Shown here: one piece after another, positions 1 through 9,134 of the stretch
Position numbering within the stretch: position 1 is the stretch's first letter
Layout of the letters: every line of letters begins with the position of its first letter
Assembly (NCBI GenBank): GCA_963768855.1
Contig: CAVYJM010000011.1
Span: 192,001 to 256,000, forward strand
Origin: an uncultured Thermoplasmata archaeon
GTDB taxonomy: Archaea > Thermoplasmatota > Thermoplasmata > RBG-16-68-12
Direction of reading: 5' to 3'
DNA length: 64,000 bases
Position numbers and translations under genes: made by a program
Notes under the pieces: generated by a model
The model's database searches: none
The model's input: the letters and a program-made list of their open reading frames with translations, nothing else
Told to the model about the DNA's origin: nothing

Positions 1-2
1 AG

Positions 3-65
3 ATTAAGCGGGGCGGCACGCTGAGTTCCGTGCTTGAGCTCGAGAAGTGGGAGCAGGTCCGCTGA
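3..65 (+). CDS. 3' end of an upstream gene (partial)
   Basis: Open frame IKRGGTLSSVLELEKWEQVR* ending just before the larB RBS; product not identifiable. Confidence 0.35.
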   Translation: MKRGGTLSSVLELEKWEQVR

Positions 66-72
66 GGTGGGC

Positions 73-819
73 ATGGATCGCAAGGCAGTCGAAGCCCTCC
101 TGCGCGACCTGAAGGACGGCAAGGTCACTGTCAAGGAGGCCATGAGCGCACTCCGCGCCCTGCCCTACGAAGACCTCGGGTTCGCGAAGATCGACTCCCA
201 CCGCGACCTGAGGCGGGGCATCCCCGAGGCGGTCTACTGCCCCGGCAAGACGACGGACCAGATCGTCGCGATCGTGACGCGAATGGTGGCGTCCCGCTCC
301 CTCGCACTCGCGACGCGGGCGACCCCGGAGATCCACGCGCGGATCCAGGAGAGCCTCGTCGGGACGCCCGTCACCTACCACGAGAAAGCGCGCATGGTCG
401 TGGCGGGGAAGCCGCCTGCCGCGCGGCGCGGGCGGGTCCTCGTGGTCACCGCGGGGACGAGTGACATCCCCGTCGCCGAGGAAGCGGCGGTGACCGCCGA
501 GGTGCTGGGCAACCGCGTGACCCGCCTCTACGACGTCGGCGTGGCGGGGATTCACCGCGTGCTCGACCACCGGGACCTCCTCCAGGGGGCGAAGGTCGTC
601 GTCGTCGTGGCGGGGATGGAAGGCGCACTCCCGAGCGTCGTCGCGGGCCTCGTGGACGTCCCCGTGATTGCCGTGCCCACCTCCGTCGGGTACGGCGCGA
701 GCTTCGACGGCCTCGCCGCCTTGCTCGGAATGATGAACGCGTGCTCGCCCGGGGTTGCGGTCGTCAACATCGACAACGGGTTCGGCGCAGGCTACCTCGC
801 CAGCGTGATGAACCGCTGA
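73..819 (+). CDS. larB: Nickel-pincer cofactor biosynthesis protein LarB (AIR carboxylase-like)
   Basis: Motifs DLGFAKID..R..RRGIPEAVYCPGKT, AGTSDIPVAEEA, VAGMEGALPSVV, VVNIDNGFGA; ATG at 73 after GAGGTGG. Confidence 0.9.
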   Translation: MDRKAVEALLRDLKDGKVTVKEAMSALRALPYEDLGFAKIDSHRDLRRGIPEAVYCPGKTTDQIVAIVTRMVASRSLALATRATPEIHARIQESLVGTPVTYHEKARMVVAGKPPAARRGRVLVVTAGTSDIPVAEEAAVTAEVLGNRVTRLYDVGVAGIHRVLDHRDLLQGAKVVVVVAGMEGALPSVVAGLVDVPVIAVPTSVGYGASFDGLAALLGMMNACSPGVAVVNIDNGFGAGYLASVMNR

Positions 820-825
820 AGGCGC

Positions 826-1548
826 TCAGATGAAGAGGTAACCGAGGTACGCTCCTGTCCCCAGGATTCCGAGCGTTACGGCGAGGATTCCGACCCACAC
901 GCCCTTGTTCCAGTGCCACACCTTCGCTCCGTCTAGGGGCATCACGGGAATCATGTTGAATCCAGCAAGGATGAGGTTCACGGACGCAGCGTACTGGAAG
1001 AGGAAATACACGAGGAACGCGAGGTACACGGTCTCGGCGAGGGGAGCGATGAGCACGACCGCGGCAAAGAACCCGAGGCCGAGCACGATATTGGTGACGG
1101 GACCGGCCGCGCTGATCCGGCCGTTCTGCTCGGGCGTGACCATCCCCGAGATGTACGTCGCTCCGGGAGCCCCGAAGATGAACCCGAGGAAGGCGAAGAC
1201 GAACGCCATCATGAGGCCCTGCAGGGAGTAGCGGAATTCGGCCCAGTGGCCGTAGCGCTGCGCGGTGATCTTGTGCATGATCTCGTGCAGGCCGACCCCG
1301 GATCCGACGGAGACGAGCGCCGCAAGGAAGAAGTAGCCGATGCCCACGGCGGGGCTGGAGAACAGGTCCAAGTATGCCATCCCTCCGTAGAACGGGTTGA
1401 GGATGACCACCGTGAAGGCCGCGCTCAGGGCCAGGATGGCGACCCCGAGCTGGACGAGCTCCGTCCGGCTGAACCGGACGCCAGGAGTCGGCGGCTGCGG
1501 GACCACATAGATCGGAGGCGCCGCGTACTCGGAATAGGGAGGGCGCAT
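826..1548 (-). CDS. M50-family (site-2-like) membrane metalloprotease
   Basis: HEIMH (HExxH), AAGPVTN and FNMIPVMPLDG motifs with transmembrane segments; start chosen at ATG 1548. Confidence 0.85.
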   Translation of the reverse strand: MRPPYSEYAAPPIYVVPQPPTPGVRFSRTELVQLGVAILALSAAFTVVILNPFYGGMAYLDLFSSPAVGIGYFFLAALVSVGSGVGLHEIMHKITAQRYGHWAEFRYSLQGLMMAFVFAFLGFIFGAPGATYISGMVTPEQNGRISAAGPVTNIVLGLGFFAAVVLIAPLAETVYLAFLVYFLFQYAASVNLILAGFNMIPVMPLDGAKVWHWNKGVWVGILAVTLGILGTGAYLGYLFI

Positions 1549-1592
1549 GCGAGGACCCCACGCCCCATCCGTATATAGGATTGTGCTCCGCC

Positions 1593-2444
1593 TTAGACGA
1601 ACTTCGCGCCGCAGTTCTCGCACTGCTCCGCCGCAGGCGGCAGGCGAACGTCGCAGAGAGGGCAGCGGAACTGGCCCCGTTCCGCCTTCTTCAGGATCTG
1701 CGCGCGGATCAGGCGCACGCTCCGCTCGCGGAACGCATCGAGGTCCGTCGCCAGGAGCGCCTCGAGCGGGGCGACATCGAACCCTTTCTCCCGCCAGGCG
1801 TCGATCTGTCGGCGGTACTCATCCCGGACCACGTCCTCGGGGCTCAGGCCGCCGAAGGCGTCGAGCAGCTCGAGACGCACGTCCTCGGGCATCTCCCGGA
1901 AGTCCTCGTCCTCGGCGAGGCCCACGAGCTCTCCCGCGACCTCCTGGAGCTTCTGCTCGACCGTCTCGACGGGAAGGTGGGCGGAGGCCGACCCGCATGT
2001 GGCGCACTGATCGGCGCCTGCGGGCCAGGCTGAGCCGCACACCGCGCACCGGTCGCTCGAGGCGGGGCGGTCGATCTTCGGGGCGAGGTCGGCCAGGAGC
2101 GCCCGCCGCGCGATCGCATGGTGCAGCCCCTTCTGGACGTCGCTCTCGGGGAGGGCGAGTCGCACGATGTCGGAGAAGTCCCGGTACCCGCGGGCCACGA
2201 GGGCCCGGGCGCGCTCGGGCGAGATGCCCGGGACGGACGCGAGAAGCCGAACGGCCTCCTCGTCCGCAGGGCCCTGCGGCTCGGGACCTAGGTTCGCCCC
2301 GCAGGCGTCGCAGAGTGCGATCCACCCCGAGAAGAGCTTGCCGCACTTCGGGCAGATCGCCTGGCCTCGGAGGAGGATCGTGTTGCAGCGCGGGCAGACC
2401 GCATTGTCCGACTTGAACCCGCAGACGGCACACCGGCGGGCCAC
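1593..2444 (-). CDS. Multi-zinc-ribbon protein with helix-hairpin-helix motif
   Basis: Repeated CxxC pairs at the N-terminus, middle and C-terminus; LASVPGISPERARAL is HhH-like. Confidence 0.75.
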   Translation of the reverse strand: MARRCAVCGFKSDNAVCPRCNTILLRGQAICPKCGKLFSGWIALCDACGANLGPEPQGPADEEAVRLLASVPGISPERARALVARGYRDFSDIVRLALPESDVQKGLHHAIARRALLADLAPKIDRPASSDRCAVCGSAWPAGADQCATCGSASAHLPVETVEQKLQEVAGELVGLAEDEDFREMPEDVRLELLDAFGGLSPEDVVRDEYRRQIDAWREKGFDVAPLEALLATDLDAFRERSVRLIRAQILKKAERGQFRCPLCDVRLPPAAEQCENCGAKFV

Positions 2445-2526
2445 GGGGGCGGACTCCGGTGGGCGTTACTTAAGGCGTCGCCTCCGATTATCCGCTGCGA
2501 GCCGCGTCCCGGAGAGAGGCCGGGCA

Positions 2527-2970
2527 TCACGGGTCGACGTATCGTTCCGGCAGCAGGTCCGCGGCCCTCCGCCGGACCACGGTCCCTTTGGGACCCGCCA
2601 GGAGGACCGTGAGCTTCGGCGCGTAATCGTTGAACATCTCGCGGCACACACCGCAAGGCGGGACGATGCGGCCCCGTGGGCTCCTCGCGCCCCGTCGCCC
2701 CCGCTGCACGGCCACGATCGTTTCGAGCCCCTTCTCGCCCGCGGCGATCGCCATGCCGAGCGCGATGGCCTCCGCGCACACGTCGACCCGGCCGACGTAT
2801 TTCGCGTTCAGGTTGACCGCGGTGTAGATCCTCCCCGACCGACCGCGGAGCGCGGCCCCGACCGAGTGGATCCCAGGTCGGAACCGCCGTGCGAGCACGG
2901 AGCGGGCCGCGTCCAGGAGGCGCCGGTCGTCGACGGAGGTCTCCGCCGCCTTCCGACTGCGCATCGCCAT
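2527..2970 (-). CDS. cdd: Cytidine deaminase
   Basis: VGAALRGRSGRIYTAVN, CAE and PCGVCRE zinc motifs. Confidence 0.85.
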   Translation of the reverse strand: MAMRSRKAAETSVDDRRLLDAARSVLARRFRPGIHSVGAALRGRSGRIYTAVNLNAKYVGRVDVCAEAIALGMAIAAGEKGLETIVAVQRGRRGARSPRGRIVPPCGVCREMFNDYAPKLTVLLAGPKGTVVRRRAADLLPERYVDP

Positions 2971-3109
2971 GCACGTAGCGGCACGGGTTCGTGGGGCATG
3001 AACCTGAGCCTCGTCGTCCCATCCGAGGCATTTGGGCTCGGACCTTTCACAGTTGTTCCACAGACCTCATATGTCCGTCTGCGGTAGAATCGGCCGGGAA
3101 GCGAACCGG

Positions 3110-3457
3110 ATGGTCGATGCACCTGCATGGGATCTGCGCCTCCTCGTGTCCGGTCTTGCGATTGGCTTCATCGCGATGGCTGTCGGCGTCGCCACGGCGA
3201 ACCTGCCGGGCTTCCAGACGACGGTCGTGTCCCAGGGCCGCAGCGCGGTCGTCGTCACGCCCCCGGGTCTGATGGCGCTCGACGTACTCGTCGTCGGTTC
3301 GTTCTTCCTGAGCGTGGCGGGGATCGGGCTTGCGGGTCGGTCGACGCGCAGCGAGGTCCCAGGCCGTGCGCCCGCCGCCGTCCCGACCCGGAGACAACGT
3401 GAGCGTGCGTCGAAGCCCTGGCTCACCGGCCGCCGGCACCCACGGCGGACGGCGTGA
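3110..3457 (+). CDS. Small two-TM membrane protein
   Basis: Two hydrophobic stretches; ATG at 3110. Confidence 0.5.
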   Translation: MVDAPAWDLRLLVSGLAIGFIAMAVGVATANLPGFQTTVVSQGRSAVVVTPPGLMALDVLVVGSFFLSVAGIGLAGRSTRSEVPGRAPAAVPTRRQRERASKPWLTGRRHPRRTA

Positions 3458-3542
3458 GGGTTCGTCACTTTCGCTCCCCTCTCCTCCACAACGCTTCATA
3501 TCCCCTGGCCCGTCGCTGGGCCTTGCGGCCCGAAGGTAGTTG

Positions 3543-5432
3543 ATGGAGCAGCTTGCGGTCCCAGAGGCGTCCCCCTCGGGGGCGGAGCGCGTGCCGTGGC
3601 CCTTCGACCGCGTGCGCCCGGGCCAGGCCGAGTTCCTCGCGGATGCCCGACGGGCGATCGCGGAAGGCCGGCATCTCCTGGCCCACGCCCCCACGGGGAT
3701 CGGGAAGACCGCCGTGGCGCTCGTCGCCTCCCTCGGGTACGCCCTCGAGACGGGGAAGACGGTCCTCTTCCTGACCGCGCGGCAGAGCCAGCACCGGATC
3801 GCCATCGAGACCCTCCGGCGCCTGGAGGCGAAGGGCGCCCGCGTGCCCGCGGTGGACGTGATCGCGAAGCAGGACATGTGCCTCCAGTCGGACCGGCCCG
3901 AGTTCGGACGCGCCTTCCACGAGTTCTGCGAGCTGAAGGTCCGGACCCATGCCTGCACGTTCTTCAACCGCGATGACGGGGTCGTCGTGACGGCGGTCCT
4001 CCAGCGTGCCCTCCACGTGCAGGAGCTCGTCCAGGCGAGCTCCGCGTGCCACGTGTGCCCGCACAAGGTCGCGATGGACGCGGCGGAGCGCGCGAGCCTG
4101 ATCGTGTGCGACTACAACTACGTCTTCAGCGACATCCTGAGCTGGACCCTCGAACGCCTCGGGAAGGGGCTCGAGGACCTCGTGCTCATCGTCGACGAGG
4201 CGCACAACCTCCCGGACCGCATCCGTGCGCACCTGGGCGGGGACCTCTCCCTCACGGACGTCCTGCGCGCGGTGCGGGAGTCCCGCGACCTCGACGCGGA
4301 GACCTCCCACCAGCTCCTCGGGGTCGCGAAGGCCCTCGAGCGGTTCCTCCTCGGCCTCCCGGCCGAGCGGATCGCGAAGAAAGAGGAGTTCATCGAGGCC
4401 GTCGAGGCGGGGCTCCGCCATGGCCTCGGCCGTCGCGTGAACTATACGGACCTCGTCGAGCTCGTCTCCCACGCCGCGGAGGAGGGCGTCCGCCGCGGAC
4501 GGTCCACCTCGCTCCCCCAGCTCGAGGAGTTCCTGCGCCGGTGGCGGGACCAGGACGAGGGTATCCTGCGCCTCGTCGTCCCGGGGAACGAGGGCAAGTT
4601 CGCGTTCCGCCTCATGGACCCGAGCGTCCTGAGCCAGCCCGTGTTCGACCGCGTCCACGCCAGCGTGCTCATGTCGGGCACCCTGTACCCGGCCGAGATG
4701 TACGCGGACCTGCTGGGAATCAGAGACGGGCGGCGGTGGATCCGCACCTATCCGTCGCCCTTCCCCCCGGAGAACCGTCTCCTCCTCGTGCACCCGATCG
4801 CTACCACGCTCTACGCGAAGCGGTCCAAAGGGATGCACGACCTGATCGCCCGGGAGGTCGTCGCCGTCGCGGCGGGCACCCCGGGGAACGTCGCGGTGTT
4901 CTTCCCGTCGTACGAGCTCCTGAAGGAGGCGGAGGGCCGCATCCGCCCGGCGGGATTGAAGAAGAAGCTGCTCGTCGAGCATCCGACGTGGAACAAGGCG
5001 AAGCGCGACGGGGCGCTCGAGGCGCTTCGTCTCGCGCGCGGCCAGGGCGGGGGCATCCTCCTCGGAGTGCAGGGTGGCTCTCTGAGCGAGGGCGTGGACT
5101 ATGAGGGCAACCTCCTCCAGGCGGTGGTCGTCGTCGGGCTGCCGATGAGCCCGCCGAACCTCGAGGTCGAGTCCCTGAAGGACTACTACATCCGGAAGTT
5201 CGGGCCGTCGAAGGGCTACGACTACGCGTACGTCTTCCCGGCGGTGAACAAGGTCCTCCAGGCCGCGGGGCGCCCGATCCGGAGCGAGCGGGACCGGGCC
5301 GCGGTCGTCCTCCTGGAGGGCCGCCTCCTGGCGCCGCGGTACCAGAGGTGCCTCCCTCCCGAGTTCGCGCCCCACTCGAGCTCGACTCCCTCCCACGAGG
5401 TCCGCCGGTTCCTCACGGTCCCGGCGGCATGA
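3543..5432 (+). CDS. xpd: XPD/Rad3-family Fe-S ATP-dependent DNA helicase
   Basis: APTGIGKT, Fe-S cysteines, CPH, CDYNY, DEAH, SGTL, SEGVD and QAAGRPIR helicase motifs. Confidence 0.9.
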   Translation: MEQLAVPEASPSGAERVPWPFDRVRPGQAEFLADARRAIAEGRHLLAHAPTGIGKTAVALVASLGYALETGKTVLFLTARQSQHRIAIETLRRLEAKGARVPAVDVIAKQDMCLQSDRPEFGRAFHEFCELKVRTHACTFFNRDDGVVVTAVLQRALHVQELVQASSACHVCPHKVAMDAAERASLIVCDYNYVFSDILSWTLERLGKGLEDLVLIVDEAHNLPDRIRAHLGGDLSLTDVLRAVRESRDLDAETSHQLLGVAKALERFLLGLPAERIAKKEEFIEAVEAGLRHGLGRRVNYTDLVELVSHAAEEGVRRGRSTSLPQLEEFLRRWRDQDEGILRLVVPGNEGKFAFRLMDPSVLSQPVFDRVHASVLMSGTLYPAEMYADLLGIRDGRRWIRTYPSPFPPENRLLLVHPIATTLYAKRSKGMHDLIAREVVAVAAGTPGNVAVFFPSYELLKEAEGRIRPAGLKKKLLVEHPTWNKAKRDGALEALRLARGQGGGILLGVQGGSLSEGVDYEGNLLQAVVVVGLPMSPPNLEVESLKDYYIRKFGPSKGYDYAYVFPAVNKVLQAAGRPIRSERDRAAVVLLEGRLLAPRYQRCLPPEFAPHSSSTPSHEVRRFLTVPAA

Positions 5433-5483
5433 GCCGGCGGCCGCCGGGGAAGGTTTTTCCCGCAGCACGGGTTCGCGCGGGAC

Positions 5484-6095
5484 GTGTGGCTGAAACGGGG
5501 AGCCGAGGCCGAGCTGCGGAAGACGGAGTTCCTCGGTCGCGCTGCGGTCGAGAAGTTCCGGGTGCCGAAGGCCTACCGCCTGGCCGCGCTAGACGAGGAG
5601 CTCCGGCGCACGCGCATCCGCATGGAGGCGCGCCTCATGTCGGAGGCCCGCGCGGCAGGGGTGGCCGTCCCGATCCTGTATGACGTCAACCTGGTCGACA
5701 ACAAGATCGTCATGGAGTTCATCGACGGACCGACCGTGAAGGAGGTTCTGGACCGCGGCGGCCCCGCGGCCCGTGAGGCGGCGAGGGAGGTCGGCCGGAT
5801 TGCGGGGCGGCTGCACAAGGCAGGGATCATCCACGGCGACCTGACGACGTCGAACATGATCCTGCGCGACGGGCGGATCGTCATGATCGACTTCAGCCTC
5901 GGAGGGAAGGGGGGCACCGCGGAGGAACGTGGGGTGGACCTGCACCTCCTGCGGGAGGCTCTCACGAGCGCGCACAAGAACGCGGCAGGCTACTACCGCG
6001 AGGTGCTCGCGGGGTATCGCGAGGTCCTGGGCGACGCCGCGAGCGAGACGATCGCGAAGGTCAAGGAGATCGAGGGGCGGGGGCGGTACACGTGA
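5484..6095 (+). CDS. bud32: KEOPS complex kinase Bud32
   Basis: GAEA, K..VPKAYR, IHGDLTTSN, IDFSLG, GVDLHLL, RGRY C-terminus. Confidence 0.92.
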   Translation: MWLKRGAEAELRKTEFLGRAAVEKFRVPKAYRLAALDEELRRTRIRMEARLMSEARAAGVAVPILYDVNLVDNKIVMEFIDGPTVKEVLDRGGPAAREAAREVGRIAGRLHKAGIIHGDLTTSNMILRDGRIVMIDFSLGGKGGTAEERGVDLHLLREALTSAHKNAAGYYREVLAGYREVLGDAASETIAKVKEIEGRGRYT

Positions 6096-6652
6096 CGATC
6101 CAGTTCATCACGACGAACGCGGGGAAGTTCGCGGAGGTCTCCGGGAAGCTCGACGAGGTGAACGTCAAGCTCGTCCATCTGGACCGCGGCTACCCGGAGA
6201 TCCAGACGGACCGCCTCGAGAAGGTCCTGAAGTCCGCGGCCACCGGCCTCGACGACGAGGTGAAGGGCGACTACCTGATCGACGACTCGGGGCTCTTCAT
6301 CGAGGCCCTCGGGGGCTTCCCCGGCGTGTACTCGGCGTACGCGCAGAAACGCCTCGGGAACCGGGGGATCCTCAAGCTCATGGCCGGGGAGACGTACCGC
6401 GCCGCGACGTTCCAGACGGTCTTCCTCCTGCGGCAGGGCGACGAGCACGGGGTCTTCCACGGGGACTGCCCCGGGACGATCACGGAGGCGGAGCGGGGGA
6501 AGAACGGTTTCGGGTACGATCCGATCTTCATGCCGAAAGGCGAGACGCGGACGTTCGGCGAGATGACCCTGAAGGAGAAGAACGCGATCTCCCACCGGGC
6601 CCGCGCCGTCGAAGCCCTCGTGGCGCACCTGACCCGAACGAAGGAACCTTGA
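6092..6652 (+). CDS. rdgB: RdgB/HAM1 non-canonical purine NTP pyrophosphatase
   Basis: TTNAGK, DDSGLFIEALGGFPGVYS, GFGYDPIF, KNAISHR. Confidence 0.93.
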   Translation: MTIQFITTNAGKFAEVSGKLDEVNVKLVHLDRGYPEIQTDRLEKVLKSAATGLDDEVKGDYLIDDSGLFIEALGGFPGVYSAYAQKRLGNRGILKLMAGETYRAATFQTVFLLRQGDEHGVFHGDCPGTITEAERGKNGFGYDPIFMPKGETRTFGEMTLKEKNAISHRARAVEALVAHLTRTKEP

Positions 6653-6677
6653 AGTCGCGGGCCCCCATCCCTCGCAC

Positions 6678-7658
6678 ATGGCGCAGGAGCGCGTCGTCAT
6701 CACCGGCGGAGCCGGCTTCATCGGGAGTCACCTGGCCGACGCGCTCGTCCCCGATGCGGACGTGAAGCTCGTCGACAGCTTCACGGCCGGCACCCGAGCG
6801 AACGTCGCGGACGCCGTGCGCGCGGGCGCGACCGTCGTGCGCAGGGACTTGCTCCGCGGCGACCTGGCCCCGGTCCTGCGCCGCGCGGACGTCGTCTACC
6901 ACTTCGCCGCCAACCCGGACGTGCGCTTGAGTCGGGAGGGCCCGAAGGCCCATATCGAGCAGAACGTCCTCATGACGTACCGCGTCCTGGAGGCATGCCG
7001 CGCGAACCACGTTCCGCGGATCGTCTTCGCGTCCACCTCGACCGTGTACGGCGAAGCGAAGACGGTCCCGACCCCGGAGGATTACGGTCCCTGTGAGCCG
7101 ATCTCCCTGTACGGCGCCTCGAAGCTCGCCTGCGAATCCCTCCTGTCCGCGTACGCGCACACGTACGGCCTCCAGGCGGTCGTCTTCCGCATGGCGAACG
7201 TCGTGGGCGGCCGGAGCGGCCACGGCGTGGTCCACGACCTCGTCGAGAAGCTCGTGCGGAATCCGAGGCGCCTCGAGATCATCGGCGCGGACCCGGGAAC
7301 CTCGAAGTCGTACGTGCACATCGAGGACACCCTCGCGGGCTACCGCGCGGGACTCGCCGCCGCCCGCGCGCCGTTCACGGTCTACAACCTCGGCAGCTCG
7401 GACGCGATTAGTGTGCGCGCCCTGGCAGACGCGATTTGCCGCGAACTCGAGCTGGCGGACGTTGAGTACGCCTGGACAGGCGGTTCCGGATTGGGGCGAG
7501 GCTGGGTCGGCGACGTGCGGACGATGGCCCTTTCGATCGACCGACTCAAGGCGACCGGGTGGCGTCCCTCCCTGATGAGCGAGAAGGCAGTGGCGCGGGC
7601 CGCGCGCGAGGCGTACGACCGCATGGCGCGAAAGCCCGCCCGCCGGCAGGCGCGGTGA
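6678..7658 (+). CDS. NAD-dependent epimerase/dehydratase (GalE-like)
   Basis: TGGAGFIGSH, HFAANPDV, ASTSTVYG, YGASK. Confidence 0.9.
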   Translation: MAQERVVITGGAGFIGSHLADALVPDADVKLVDSFTAGTRANVADAVRAGATVVRRDLLRGDLAPVLRRADVVYHFAANPDVRLSREGPKAHIEQNVLMTYRVLEACRANHVPRIVFASTSTVYGEAKTVPTPEDYGPCEPISLYGASKLACESLLSAYAHTYGLQAVVFRMANVVGGRSGHGVVHDLVEKLVRNPRRLEIIGADPGTSKSYVHIEDTLAGYRAGLAAARAPFTVYNLGSSDAISVRALADAICRELELADVEYAWTGGSGLGRGWVGDVRTMALSIDRLKATGWRPSLMSEKAVARAAREAYDRMARKPARRQAR

Positions 7659-7669
7659 GAACTTATTTA
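7659..7669 (+). promoter_or_regulatory. TATA-like box of tRNA-Pro
   Basis: GAACTTATTTA about 30 bp upstream of the tRNA. Confidence 0.5.
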
Positions 7670-7698
7670 GCGCCGCAGCCGATGGCGCGCGCGACCGT

Positions 7699-7776
7699 GG
7701 GGCTGTGGGGTAGCTTGGTCCATCCTTCGGGCTTTGGGAGCCTGCGACGGCAGTTCAAATCTGCCCAGCCCCACCA
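7699..7776 (+). tRNA. tRNA-Pro(TGG)
   Basis: Acceptor GGGGCTG/CAGCCCC, anticodon arm CGGGC-TTTGGGA-GCCTG, T-loop GTTCAAAT, encoded CCA. Confidence 0.95.
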
Positions 7777-7851
7777 CCTCGTCCGAGCGATCCCGGAGGG
7801 TAGTCCACGCCACCGTCACGACGACTGACGGAGCGCGAGTGGCACCGCAAG

Positions 7852-8283
7852 ATGGCGGCTAGGGAGTTCAACCTCGTCTGGTCCCTCCTCGAGAAGAGGC
7901 ACCGCAGCGCGGACGAGGAAGACCGGATGATCCATGCGGCCCACTCCTCGCGGTACCACTGGGGAATCGTGGGCAAGCCGATCCACCGGGCGATCGGCGA
8001 GTGGCAGATCTCCCACGTGTACGCGGTCCTCAAACGCCCGGAGCCGTCGCGGTACCATGCGCAACGGTGCTTGGAGATATGTCGAAGGAATCGGATCGGG
8101 GACTTCCCGCTCGCCTTTGCCTACGAGGCCCTCGCCCGCGCCTCGGCAGTCGAGGGGAACTCCGCCGCGCGGGACCGTTACGTCCTCCGGGCGCTGAAGG
8201 CCGGGGAGCGGATCCGCGACCGCGAGGACCGCGTGCAGTTCTTCGCGGACCTGAAGACAATCCCCCGCACCCGGCGCCGGTGA
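7852..8283 (+). CDS. Conserved hypothetical helical protein
   Basis: FNLVWSLLEK..RS..EEDRMIHAAHSSRYHW-type sequence with coding-like codon usage. Confidence 0.75.
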   Translation: MAAREFNLVWSLLEKRHRSADEEDRMIHAAHSSRYHWGIVGKPIHRAIGEWQISHVYAVLKRPEPSRYHAQRCLEICRRNRIGDFPLAFAYEALARASAVEGNSAARDRYVLRALKAGERIRDREDRVQFFADLKTIPRTRRR

Positions 8284-8284
8284 G

Positions 8285-8974
8285 TCAGGCTACCGGCAAC
8301 GGCGGCTTCTCCTCGAGGTGGGCCTCCTTCACGCTCCAGCTTCCGGCGGCACCCTCCCACAACGCCTCGGCTCGATCGACGACGATCCGCTTTCGGAAGA
8401 ACGGCGCGTCGAGGACAAGGGTCTCGAACTCCCCCCCTTCCCCGCACGGGTGCACGCCCCGCGTTTCCGCGAGCCGGAGGAGGTCCGCGACCGCGGCGGC
8501 GTCCCAGGCGCGTCCGAGCCAGGTGCGGTCGAACCCATCCGCGGAGACGCTCGAGAAGACGATCCGCAAGCCGGCGTCGAGATAGTCGTGGACGAGCTGC
8601 CGCGGGTCCTGCCGCCAGAGCGGAGCGAAAATCCGCAGTCCGAGTTCATGGGCGACGCGGTTCACGCGGCTGTGTTGGTAGTCGGAGGCGATGGCGCCGA
8701 CCACGATGCCGTCCGCATCGGCCTGCCGGAAGGCGCGCCGCAAAGCGTCGAGCTCGCCGGCCTCCCCCGGCTCGGCTGCGACCTCGATCCGAGGGAGCCC
8801 CATCGCTTCTGCCTGCTGCTCGGTCAGGGAGAGATTCGGCACGTGGAACATCATCGATTCCGGATCTGCGGGGCGGATCGTGAGCAGGGAGGCGATCTCC
8901 CAGCCGCGCTGCATCGCGACGTAGGCCGCGTAGGTCGAATCCTTCCCGCCGGAGAAGAGGCAGGCGACGCGCAC
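8285..8974 (-). CDS. dph6: Diphthine--ammonia ligase
   Basis: LFSGGKDS, SMMFH, GAIASDYQ, HPCGEGGEFETLVLDAPFF. Confidence 0.92.
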   Translation of the reverse strand: MRVACLFSGGKDSTYAAYVAMQRGWEIASLLTIRPADPESMMFHVPNLSLTEQQAEAMGLPRIEVAAEPGEAGELDALRRAFRQADADGIVVGAIASDYQHSRVNRVAHELGLRIFAPLWRQDPRQLVHDYLDAGLRIVFSSVSADGFDRTWLGRAWDAAAVADLLRLAETRGVHPCGEGGEFETLVLDAPFFRKRIVVDRAEALWEGAAGSWSVKEAHLEEKPPLPVA

Positions 8975-9056
8975 GGGCCCGAGACCGCCGGGCAGCGGTA
9001 AAGGGCTTTCGAGTCATCCGGGGTGGGGCCGCCGCGGTCGACTCCCTGCATTGGGA

Positions 9057-9082
9057 AAGTCAACCTTAAACAAGGTTGACTT
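9057..9082. promoter_or_regulatory. Perfect palindromic operator AAGTCAACCTT-AAAC-AAGGTTGACTT overlapping a TATA-like TTAAA
   Basis: 11-bp arms with 4-bp spacer; 18 bp recur identically at 42844-42861. Confidence 0.75.
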
Positions 9083-9134
9083 GACCACCGCGTGCGCGCG
9101 AACGGTTTATGGCCGCCCCCGCGCTTCCCGCGGC

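Noticed and set aside
3510-3537. CCCGTCGC..GCGGCCCGAAGG resembling the hairpin repeat upstream of xpd
   Set aside because: Degenerate and in a core region, so not counted as an array copy. It does leave open that part of the motif is promoter-related.
3465-5468. Long antisense ORFs (for example 667 aa here, 985 aa at 26485, 754 aa at 29108, 681 aa at 38959)
   Set aside because: Shadow ORFs of real genes in high-GC DNA; Arg/Pro/Gly-rich with no motifs
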